The position numbers were made by a program, and so were the translations under genes. Shown here piece after piece: positions 52,337 through 64,000 of a stretch of DNA of 64,000 bases. The DNA comes from Octopus sinensis (lineage: Eukaryota), in assembly GCF_006345805.1 (NCBI RefSeq), contig NC_043000.1, forward strand, positions 97,340,001-97,404,000, in the 5' to 3' direction. A model generated the notes under the pieces. That model was not told where the DNA came from. It saw nothing but the letters and a program-made list of their open reading frames with translations, and did not search any database. Position 1 is the stretch's first letter; each line of letters starts with the position of its first letter.

Positions 52337-53516
52337 TATATATACATATATATGCACACACACATACATGAGCAAAGTTTAAGTTAGTTAAAATATGTTT
52401 GACATATTTCAAATGCTTAGAAACAAATTCACAACAATTACATATGTGTGTTTATGTGTGTGTGTGTGTGTGTGTGCGTGTGTGTGTGTATGTGTGTGTT
52501 TGTGCGTGTGTGTATACATACACACATACACATACACCCATAAAAATAAGTCTATTGTGTTGCCTTCGTAACGGCTTATTTAACCAGTCGCATGTGTGTG
52601 TATATAGACATACATACATACATACATACATACATACATACATACATACATACATACATACATACATGTATGTATGTGTGTATGTATGTATTCATCAGTA
52701 TCAGTGCCAAGCAGTGTTTAGGCATAAGCGAACTTTATGTTACCTAAAGGCAAATTTACTGCTATTAGTATGGAGAAAAAATTCTTCCCTATAATGAGGT
52801 GTAAATACATCATATCTGCCCAAATGTAGTGTTTCTGGCTTTTTAGCCAACGTCAATGGGAAATACAGAAGTGAGGTAAATTTGAGCAGATTTAAAGCCA
52901 TAGATTTAACTAGAAAAACAGTCAACAACATGGATTGAGCTGCGCAATTGGACCGCCCAGTCGGGAGAAATCCAACAGTATCAGCGCGAAGCAATGATTG
53001 ACCATAAGCGAACCTTATGTTAGTTAAGATATGTTTTTACTTCTTTTTACCATAAGTGAGCTGGGGGAGGGGTTCTCCACGGTAACTGCAATGAATTTAC
53101 TTTTAGCAGCTGGAATATGTTACAAACAGGCTTCTACATAGAATCGAACGCTGTACCGCTCAGACACCGACTGAGATGTGTACAATTAAGCTAAGCGGTC
53201 TCTGACAACAATTAACGCCTGGCTCTTTGGACGTGAGGATCTTTTTATGAACAAACTTAGAAACGCCGAGTGGGTAGTATTTTACAATTTTACAGAAGAA
53301 AAAATATATCCCGAAGACGAAAACTGTGAAAACAGCAAAGAGAATTAGGTAAAAATTAGTAGAAGTCGGGAACAAAAGTTGCTCGTTGCAGTTATAGAGA
53401 ATTGAACCCTATACCTACCAGATACCCTTTGAGCAAATTTGGTTGAAGAAAACTGAGTGGAAGTCCGTCGTGTGTGTGTGCTTGCGCGCGTCTGTATATA
53501 TATATATATATATATA

Positions 53517-53548
<32 letters not shown>

Positions 53549-54154
53549 GTATGTATGTATATATGTATATGTATATATATACATGTATATATACATGCAT
53601 ATATAAATATATATACGTGTATCGTTTTTACGTCCTGTTTGTGTCACATTTTGTTCTTTCCTTGTTTTTACCCCTCTGCGAAGTAATTTCCTTTAATTTC
53701 TTCGCAGGAAGTGTTCCGTCCTCACCTTCGAAACACGCTGGAGTTGAACTAGGGACAGCTGATGAAGGGGAGTTTTCCTTGTGTAGTTTGTCTAGTACTC
53801 TGTTTTTTCTTTGTAAAAAAAAGGTTCGTTCCATGCTTGTTTTTACGTTTTCGTTCTCGTTGAGTTCTGCGTCTATTTGTGGTGTCCTGTACTCACGTAT
53901 ATATATTTATATATGCATGTATATATACATGTAGATGTAGGTACGTACATATATGTATGTATGCATATATTTTATTCATTACACTATTGTATGACAGAGC
54001 GCCTTCGCGTCGATTCGATTCGATTCGTTCCGTTTCGTTTCGTTTCTTCTTCTTCTCCCAGTACAGTTTTTATACATATATATGTATATATATATATATA
54101 AACATGTATATATTTATACACATATACATACATATATACATATAAATACATGTC

Positions 54155-54188
<34 letters not shown>

Positions 54189-54267
54189 CATATAAATACA
54201 TGTATATATATATTCATATATATATATATATATGTATGTATGTATGTATATATGTATATGTATATAT

Positions 54268-54314
<47 letters not shown>

Positions 54315-55055
54315 CACACACAAACACACGCATATATAAATCTATATATATATATGTATGTGTGTGTTTACATATGTATGTATATGTGTGTGGGAGCGGT
54401 ATCTTTCTGCGTATGCGTGTGCCTGCGTGCGAGTATGTGTGTAATAATGAATTACACACGTGCGTGTAGTTTAGTGAAAAATGTACTTCACATGTTCATA
54501 AGGTTAGCTCTTTCTCGTATGTCATTGAGGGTTGAAGTTTTTATACTCCATAGAAACTTTTTCTTTTTTCTAGATACGCCTATAATTATAGACCTGAACG
54601 TGTTTGCATGTTCGAGTACCTCCGTGAGCAAAATCATTTTTGTATAGAAGTGCGGGGATTTGTGAACTTGTGTTTCCACGCATGCTTACATGTTTGCATT
54701 CTCAGTTGTCCGAAGATTCACGTGGCCGAAAATATTGAAATTCAATTAATCAAACGAGACAGTCCATTATCCGTTTATATGTATGTGTTAATCTGCGCGA
54801 GTGCGTGCACGTTTGTAGACGCATGTGTGTGTATACATAAATATTATGCGTATATTTATCTTTCTAACTTTACATATGTGTGTGTGTGTTTGTGTGGGTG
54901 TGGGTGTGGGTGTGGTGTGGGTGTGGGTGTGGGTTTGGGTGTGGGTGTATACATGCGTATTGTATATATATATATATGCGTGTGTGTGCGTGTGTGTGTG
55001 TGTGAGTGTGTGTGTGTGTATGCATATATATACATGTATGCGTACAAACCTATAA

Positions 55056-55285
55056 GGTACAGGCGTGACTGTAATCATACCTCCCATCCATATGGTTCTG
55101 GGTTCAGTTTTGGCAGATGTCTTCTGCTATAACCCCATGTCAACCGAAGGCTTGTGAGTGGATTTGGTAGCCGGAAACTGAATGAAGCCTGTTGTACATA
55201 TGTGTGTGTGAGAGAGTGTGTGAGTATGTGCGTATATGTGTGAGAGAGGGAGTGTGTGTGTGTGTATGTGAGAGAGAGAGAGAGT

Positions 55286-55344
<59 letters not shown>

Positions 55345-55540
55345 TGTTTGTCCCCTACCATTGCCTCATAACCGGTAGCGGTTCGTTTACGTGACCGTAA
55401 CGTAGCGACTCAGCAATAAAACACACCGATAGAATTAGTACAAGACTTTAAAATGTACTGGGATCAATTTGTTCCACTAAGCCCTTCAATGTGGTACCCC
55501 TGCGTTGCCGCACTCAAATAATTAAAAAAAAAAGTAAGAC
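55056..55540 (+). mobile_element. Family-A SINE, diverged, with expanded internal (TG)n
   Basis: gcttgtgagtggatttggtagccggaaactgaatgaagcc...accgatagaattagtac. Confidence 0.7.
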
Positions 55541-55542
55541 AT

Positions 55543-55592
<50 letters not shown>

Positions 55593-56224
55593 GATAGAGA
55601 GAGAGAGAGAGAGAGATATTCACGAGGTGTTATATATATTTACATATATTGAAACATACATATGTACGTATATAATATGTATAATAATATATATATATTA
55701 TTTATGTAGAGAGAGAGGGAGACAGATGGATAGACAGACAGACAGACAGATAGAGACAGAGATGGCTGTATTCTTATTACATGATACCTATAAACTACAC
55801 TCTCTTCCGTACCACCGTCTTAGAATTATTAACCAAGCCTTCAAATTTCGGTTAACATCTTAGAAGGAAAAGATTGGTCCCCAATGAATGGCTTTTGAAC
55901 AATCAGGGTTGTACTGGGTTTCAACAACTTTAACAACTAACACATAGTACATTTTTCTGTTGCGATTATTTATACATTTTCATTTTATTTTTATTTGTTC
56001 TTCTTTTATTCTACGGTGTTTATACTCGCTGATGCAGCCCAGTGATTATACACACTTGTGAATATATATGAGCAGCAACAAAGGAGAATAATTTATATAC
56101 AGGAATGGGCATTTAGATCACAACCCATTTCTGTATGTCACATGATAACAATCAGTCTTTGTGAAATTTAATCTGCCACGAAACGCCAGATTCAAATATC
56201 TATACATTTATGTATATATATACA

Positions 56225-56515
<291 letters not shown>

Positions 56516-59154
56516 TAATAGCATAAATCGATGAACATATGCTTTCGCATTCATACTGTCCAAGTGATGAAGACGTCTCTGATGAGGCCTCGATAAGGGT
56601 CGAGTGTCTATTATGTAGGTTTACATATATTATATCATACCTTGATAGGAGGATGGACTGGGTTCTCTTTGATGACTTGTAGCATTTCTTCCGGTTCTTT
56701 AAATTCTGAATTCAGAATTCAGTTACCGCTGAGGTCAACTTTGCGTTTCATTCCTCCGGAATTAATAAATGAACAACCAATGAAAAACTGGGATCAATTT
56801 GATAGACTAACCGCTATCCTACCCTAATCCCTGGCCCAGTGTCTAGGCTAGAAACAATTACCATGGTTTAATATCATTCATTAACAACGTGAAATTCGAA
56901 GGCAAAATTAGAAAATTTAAGATCTTTACATTTATCAGACTACAAACAAGGGAAGCATTCAATAACCAAAACATTAACGAACGGAAATATTCAACTGAAG
57001 TTACTTTTACTGTCTTTGTGATAATCCTTAATGTCAACCTAAGTCATTAAAGTCATGTACGGAATGTGTTGGGCAATGGAGATAGAACATAAAACCATGT
57101 GATATGCTATCTACATAATTGCCATGCCTCCTTCGCTTTTCTCTAAAATATTTTTGATGTTTGTGACAGTGCATTAGTAAATATATCACTCATGTAACAT
57201 ATCTCTTTTGTCAGAGACAACATACTATGTTAGAAGGTGGTGAAATATTTAAATGGAATAGTACTACCAAGTTACAAAAAAAAAAATCCAAAATATAATC
57301 AAAGGTTCATGTCACATTTAGTTTATCAGTTACAGAACTTATTTATCATCTGATCAATTACAAGTTGAAATGTGTCCGCTAACATACGAAAAAACAAAGG
57401 CAGGAATATCAACTGATTGAAAGAGTTAACATTCTACATGCATTCTTAGTGTGTTTGTTTGTGTGCGTTTGCAGTATATCACCGATCTAATTTGTAAGGC
57501 ATGCAGTGCAGACATAACATTTTCACTTCTCTTTTAAAAAAGATATTTACAAAACATTTGGTGACAGGTGTCAGTAGGTGAGCCTAAACAGCCAATTGCT
57601 ACAATCTACTGCAAAAATGAAAAAAATAGAATAAAATGAAATATATGATATAATAAAATAAATACATTAACTCATTAAGTTTAATGAATAAAGTTTTTTA
57701 TTTTTCTTACTGCATTACTAAGTACAGCACTTATCGTCTTGAGTATATGCAGTGTTTTGTTTTAGTTCTGTAGTTTCTTTTATTACTTTGACAGTAGATT
57801 GGTGATCCAGTATGGTCACAGCAAACAAGCTGAAAGGAATAAAAGAGTATTCTGTGTAATATATGTACAGAAACTAGACAATTTTTTCTGTGTATGTAGA
57901 GTATATTTGTTAATTCTTAGATTTTTAGTTATGCATTTATTTATATTCATGATTTTTAATAATTCCCAAGGCACATATTATAGGGATTGTCTCTATTTTC
58001 TAACCCTACATTAAAGTTATCTCTGTTTTCAGATCTTTTTATCAGAATAATTTTCCCATTTCCTTTACAGATGCATTATTTTTGATTGTGACTGATAATT
58101 CAGTGCGTTTCACATCCAAAATTTAACACTGACACAAGCGACACAGACACATTCGCAGTTAAACATCTTCCCCACTTATCATCCATACACTTTTCCTACA
58201 GCAACCTTTTTCGAACAACTTCTCTCAAAGCTGGCAACATATACTTTAGTGAGGTCATCAGATGTCTACATACATTTATTGAAAAGCGTCTGAGGAATCT
58301 GTATGGAAACTCGAAGATCAGAATTTAAAGTCGTTCCTCACAAAAATATAAGTGACCTCTTCCGCCCAACGTGTCAGTACTTAGGGTAGGCTACATAAAA
58401 TACACGAGGCTAGAGGTGCTCTGGAAATAATGGCACTTGCTGAATGGACATAAGTCAATGAATATATTAGTGGATTCCAAAAGTTAGACCAGGATATCCG
58501 GATTACACGTTCTTCAGAACCTTCAGGTAGCAGTATTGTCAGCTTACCGATGATCTTCTTTGATTTAGCCCTGAACATGAACAGCAGTGGAGGTGATGCC
58601 TTCAGACAAGATATCGCTTATGTCCCAACAAAGGTTGAATGGTAGGATTGCTTCAGATATATAGAAGCGTTCTTAAGAATGTCTCATTCATTGATGTGAA
58701 TGGACGATTAGAATGACATATTAGACGCACTGTGGGATTTTTGTGGGAGCAAGAGATAAATGATTATGTGCAAAAGACTCATAGACCTGCTCAGAGAGTT
58801 TCAAATTGTCTGATTCGGAAAATTCAGCCAGCTTTCTGAATCAGACAATTTCCCAAATTGTCTGCTTCAGGATTTTCCTGAACATGTCAGTGTGGACTTG
58901 GAGAAGAAGCATCAGAACATGTAGCTGTACCAGAGTTGAGTATTTGACTGATAAGCTGAGAGCGATAGTGTAGGATGTTCATAGTTTACTTTGGTTGGTT
59001 ACGTAGACCCCAATTTGACAATAACAACTGAGTTATGCTTAGCAGTAAGTTGTTTTGTGAGGGGCAAATCATTGTTTTGAAGGCCTGCTGTTATTTATAT
59101 AGATACATTTCAGATTGGTTGTCATCTGTTGTAAATGGCAAGAGGCTACAAGCA

Positions 59155-59490
59155 TTTTCAACCGGGGAGATGTGACGCGGGCGAGGAAGTACGGGAACAA
59201 GGCGAGGATCATCGATAATTTCTTGTCCTTAACATTACTGAATAAAAAGTTTAAGATTTGGACCGAGATATATGTAGAGTAGTCAGGAGCATACAGAACT
59301 GCATGATCCCGACTAGAACATTCCACAACAATCTCCATCTCTTACGAGACATTGTGGAGAGAACGGATAATAAACATAGATCTCTGATTAAATTAGATCG
59401 ATTGAAAAAAATTCATTAGCAGGTGTCAACCAAAGTTACTTGGAAGCTGTCTTCAATGCAACCCGCTCCAGTTCTACTTTCAAAGGCTGT
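59155..59490 (+). mobile_element. Old Tx1/L1-like RT fragment
   Basis: NRGDVT..IIDNFLSLTLLNKKFKI..QNCMIPTRTFHNNLHLLRDIVER..LIKLD..VNQSYLEAVF parallels the ORF2 at 29-30 kb (SRGAVT..IDNFRPITLLN..QTCAVPGRTIHDNLHLMR..VDHRYLEAVL). Confidence 0.75.
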
Positions 59491-60297
59491 ATCATTTCAA
59501 TACACAGTCAGTAACCTCATGCATATGTCAGAAATCATTGTCATGAATAATTGAATCAATTCTTTGTCTGAGTATTAAAGAGTATAAGAGGAATCTATTT
59601 ATTCGCACAGGCTGTTCCAAAATGATTTAATCTAACTAGTGAAACCTAACGGGGAACTTCAAGCATCTCACTTGCGTTAGTATACTGCAATCGATATGCT
59701 TGCCATACGAGATTGCAGACGTAAAAGAGATCGTGCAATTCCGGTTAATTTAATACGGGATCTGTAGCTTAGAGCAACCAAGTGGAAAATAGATTAAGAA
59801 TACAAAATGGTGGTTCGCTAAAACTTATATAAAATTTATTCTTATACTTTATAGTGAGTTACGTAATATTATGGCTTTATTATATTTTTAGCTTTTTTTA
59901 ATATTTTCTTATGTAAGTGTGAGGGATGGCACAATCAGTAGACCGTCTGACAAGATGCCTTGCGGTATTTAGTTATGTCACATTATACTCTTAATTAAAA
60001 CTCTGCTGTGGCTGAATTTGAATTTCATCTTTTAAGGTCGATAAAATAAAGTTTCGGTCAAGTACTCGAGGCAATTAAATTGACAAACCATTCCTAAATT
60101 CTATGTCCTCTTGAATCAATTTTAGAAATTATTATACTGTATAGCATACATTACCAATTGCTAGATATGGTTAGTGTGAGAGTCAACTCACTTATTCGAT
60201 TATTGAATAATAATGCATAACTATAGTCGAAAAGATTTATCACATACATACCTACAGCAAGAACTGGTCTGTTATTGATGCAATAAGACGCTAGATA

Positions 60298-60530
60298 CGT
60301 GGCTTAGTGATTTGGGTATCCGACTCACGATCCTGAGTTCAATTCCTGGTGGTGCGTTGTGTCCTTCAGCAAGACACTTTATTTTGCGTTGCTCCAATCA
60401 ACTCACCTGGCAAAAATGACTTGTACCTGTATTTCAAAAAGCCAACCTTGTCACATTCTGTGTCTCGCTGAATCTCCCTGAGAACTACGTTAAGGGTACG
60501 CGTATCTGTGGAATGCACATCCACTTTTGT
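60298..60530 (+). mobile_element. tRNA-derived SINE, family C
   Basis: gtggcttagtg..ctcacgatcctgagttcaattcctgg head; gtccttcagcaagacactt CORE-like motif. Confidence 0.6.
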
Positions 60531-62956
60531 GTTATGCGGAAAAAGTAAAAGATAATTAGTTATTGATTAATGTTCACACCACATATATATTTGTACTTGC
60601 CTTTCAAATATTAACAGCTAACTTACTTACGTCTCTTGAATTATTTAATCTCCAAACAATACTATTTCCGCCTATAAATGTACAATCTTGTGCATTTATT
60701 CCATGTTTTGTTACTATGTCGCCAAGCTCAGGGACGGTTACATTTCGCTGATGAAGTCAGAATGATACCCTTAAGAGTAATTATCATATTTTAAGAGGAA
60801 AATAAAAGTAATATTAATCATTGACTAATATCATGTTTTTCCGCTGCATATTTATATCTAATTGTATCATTAGTACTCTACACATTAAATATGCTAACAC
60901 TAATTTACTTCTAGTTGGTTTTATGGCGAATCTATGTAGTTTTTCACTGGGACGTCTTATCCTATGTCACACATAAATAATCATTAATCAATAGCGAACA
61001 ATAAATCTTTTATCCCGCTGAGAATATTTATCATTTCTTAGCACGTAAGTGAGGTGACAGAAACGGTAATCTACACAGACAAAATAGTTCCATCCTTCTC
61101 GATTCTGATTTCATATACTCTTCGAATCGATTTTGTTTTTCATTCCTCCAGAGATCGATAAAGCAAGATATTAGTTATTTGCTGAGATCAATTTCAACTA
61201 CTGTAAATTTCTCTTTAAAAAAGTGTCTGGTTTTATACGAAAATAAAATATCTTATGTTTTTCTTCCTGTCACCACCGACACAGCATGCTATTATAGCAT
61301 GCTTTGACTAAAGAAAGTTTTTGGAAATGGAACTGCTAGCTGGTCCTCGCTTGGATACACTTTTTGAAAATAAAAGAATCTACTGTGAGATTCGAACTTT
61401 ACAATGGGTCCTGATGGGGATGAACTTTGCTTTTTACTTATTTTCTCTTTCCCACCACAAATACATACGCACCCATTCATTGATGGATGTTCTCAAATAC
61501 TTCACCCCTCCTATCCTACTTCTCTATTATTTTCTTAGTTGACAAAGGTTTCTCGGATTATAAGTTAAAAAACAAAACACTCTTGGACTCAAGGATCCAT
61601 TTTCATGGAAGTGTGTGTATATGTGCATGGGAGAGGAAAGGAGAGAGAGAAGCGTGACTGAAAGAAGGGAAGATAAATTTGATACCAAGTTGTATTTGAA
61701 CTTTGAAACCCGATACTCCTGGCAAACTAAATCTAATGTAATTCGGTACCTTAGTCGCCCACCTCTGCACCGCTTAACCCCTCTCAGTAAATTCCCTTAT
61801 AATGATTATTGATTTCGTTACTAAAGCAGTAATACTTCTGATTAACTGGCTAGGCGGTGTGGGGCGTAAAAATATAGATTCTGTGACATTTATGTCTCTC
61901 TCTCTAATTGGGGACAGCTGTAGCAGCGTAAATGAAAATAAGCATTAACGACCCGTAATAAGCAAAAACGAAATTTGTTTCTACTGATTATTGAAACTGT
62001 GTTATGGATTCTACATAGTACAACCTCATCTTTTTCCACTCTACAACAGTCATCGCAATCAAAATGAATATGCGAAATAAATAAAGAAGTTTAAATTACT
62101 ACAACCGCGAATTGAAAATAACTCTTGGTGTTCATAGACACTTAGCAAAAATATGTTTTCAACAACATTACCTACAAAGTATCCATAGCTTACGTTTTTT
62201 TTTTGTATATATTTATATATTTTGTTTATGAGAGGAAACTGAAGTTTCCTTTATCAATCTCGAATTTAGGGTGTACTTCTGTGAGATTTGAGTAATATTG
62301 AATTGTCTCCTTTACAGAAAATGAAAGATATATTAGCCATTGATAATGTTTATTTTCTTCTTTCTGCAAGAAACACAATCTTTTGTATGTGCAAAAACAC
62401 ACACACACACGCACACACATACACATATTCATTTCTACTTCTGCAAATATGGTGAAGTCTATGCTTATCTAATGAAACCAAAATAATACCGAAAAATGTA
62501 TGGTATTGTTATATACAGTGTGTGTGTGTTGTTTTGTACGTATCTGAATATATGTACATGTGTGTCCACTTGATTTAAGAACTAATGTAGATGACGTCGT
62601 TTTGGTTGACACAGCTGTACAGCTCAAGGCAGAGCATGAAACTCGCAGGCGATGTTACATTTTTCTCTATCTTGTATATTAGATGCACGCATACATGCAC
62701 ACTCAGTACACACACACACACACATACACATACACACATATATATATATATATATACATATATACGTGTGTGTGTGTGCGTGCGTGTCTGAGTACGTGCG
62801 TGCGTGCTCAGAGAGATGCAGATAAGCATAATTAGTCTTGATATACAAAGATTTCGGAGTTGCAGTTTAAAATTATTTGAACACTACTACGCGTTTTCTA
62901 TACTGAGCATTTTCAACTCCCGCTCAGATTTATAGAAAAACAAAGACGAAGACAGG

Positions 62957-62988
<32 letters not shown>

Positions 62989-63178
62989 GATAGATCGTTA
63001 GCCACTACACACATTTTTTTCTCTCCTTGTTTTTTCTGTGTCCCTTTCTGTAGAAGAGCGTAGGCTCGAAACGTAAAAGACTTTTTCTATTCCTGACCGT
63101 TATACTAATACATCTGTTGTTTTGTACACCACCCGTCTTTGTCTTTTGTTTTTTTCCGTAAACTCTCCCTATATATAT

Positions 63179-63212
<34 letters not shown>

Positions 63213-63375
63213 GGGAGAGTTTACGGAAAAAAAAACAAAGGACAAAGACGGGTGTATTAGTATAACGGTCAGGAATAGAAAAAGTCTTTTACGTTTCGAG
63301 CCTACGCTCTTCTACAGAAAGGGACACAGAAAAAACAAGGAGAGAAAAAATGTGTGTAGTGGCTAACGATCTATC

Positions 63376-63407
<32 letters not shown>
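62957..63407. repeat. Near-perfect ~450-bp palindrome: two inverted copies of a short repeat around a (TA)n centre
   Basis: 62989-63170 is the reverse complement of 63211-63375 except for a 19-bp deletion, one substitution and homopolymer length changes. Confidence 0.95.
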
Positions 63408-63482
63408 ATTGTCTGAGATTTTGGTGTAATTTGAGAGGATAATACAAAAGTTATGGATGATTTAGTGATTTACTGCAAAACC

Positions 63483-64000
63483 CATGGCGGCCAAAATGAT
63501 CAGAACGGTTGAGAAAATAACAAAATAATAAAAAATGACAGAGAATACTGGAATTATTTAATATTTAGTGTGAAGCCCTTTAGCTTCAATCACACTCTGA
63601 CATCTTCGACTGCATGAGGAAATTAAATTTTCAATTTCTTGCTGGGTGATCTTATTCCATTCTTCCTGAAGGGCATTCCATAATTGCTCAGTTGTTTTAG
63701 GATTTCTGGCTTTCGAACGTTCTCCTAGAATATTCCATACATTTTCAATAGGATTGAGATCTGGGCTTTGAGCAGGCTAATCCATAACAATAACCTTTTC
63801 AACCTTGAGGAAGTTCATGACCACCTTAGCCTTGTGACATGGGGCATTGTCCTGCATGAATATGGGTGGTCGCTTAGTTGAATTTCTCAGCACAGGCAAG
63901 ACATGATCTTTTACATGTTATTTATAAACTCCTGCATTTACCTTTCCATGTAATCGCACCAAAGGGCCCACACCATCTCCAGATATCATCCCCCAAACCA
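63483..64000 (-). mobile_element. Tc1-family DNA transposon 3' end with DD34E transposase pseudogene (stop at 63558-63560)
   Basis: VWGMISGDGVG..FMQDNAPCH..D*PAQSPDLNPIENVW..CQSVIEAKGLHTKY*; 34 residues between D and E; two premature stops; TIR-like end catggcggccaaaatgatcagaac. Confidence 0.92.

Noticed and set aside
52740-52880. Possible minus-strand exon (ETLHLGRYDVFTPHYREEFF..., donor TTTAG|gtaaca)
   Set aside because: Weak acceptor and unrecognised peptide; needs RNA-seq.
53715-53775. CTTCGAAAC...CTGATGAAGG in permuted (type II-like) order
   Set aside because: No NUH triplet, and the stems do not pair convincingly.
54574-54760. Candidate small exons (ttttctag|ATACGCC...CTCC|gtgagc)
   Set aside because: Splice-like signals only; the peptides ([16 protein letters not shown] or [16 protein letters not shown]) are not recognisable and the following frame soon stops.
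56572-56615. CTGATGAGGCCTCGATAAGGGTCGA hammerhead-like motif
   Set aside because: GAAA core deleted and no stem I.
58803-58851. 14-bp inverted repeat (AAATTGTCTGATTC/GAATCAGACAATTT)
   Set aside because: Short and isolated within decayed sequence; no supporting context.

Overview
AT-rich, microsatellite-saturated eukaryotic DNA with no host protein-coding gene I can support. The SINE families and the density of (TA)n, (TAGA)n and (TACA)n suggest a cephalopod (Octopus-like) genome; that is an inference. Recognisable content is almost all mobile DNA. (1) A Ty3/Gypsy LTR retrotransposon of CsRn1/Kabuki type (40011-45402, minus): LTRs look identical, 4-bp TSD, tRNA-Trp PBS, intact pol, a -1 frameshift signal, but gag is internally deleted. 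(2) A full-length but frameshifted Tx1/L1-clade LINE (27495-33538, minus) sitting between two same-orientation (GATA)n arrays. (3) R4/Dong-like RLE-LINE fragments, a decayed Penelope RT, a Tc1 transposase remnant, mariner-derived MITEs and many tRNA-derived SINEs. The most interesting signal is a 1.8-kb cluster (22.1-23.9 kb) of fold-back elements carrying type I hammerhead ribozymes (two look intact, one has a point mutation, one is degenerate), just upstream of the Penelope RT remnant. A near-perfect 450-bp palindrome of a hammerhead-like element lies at 63 kb. Most ORFs in the supplied track are microsatellite translations.
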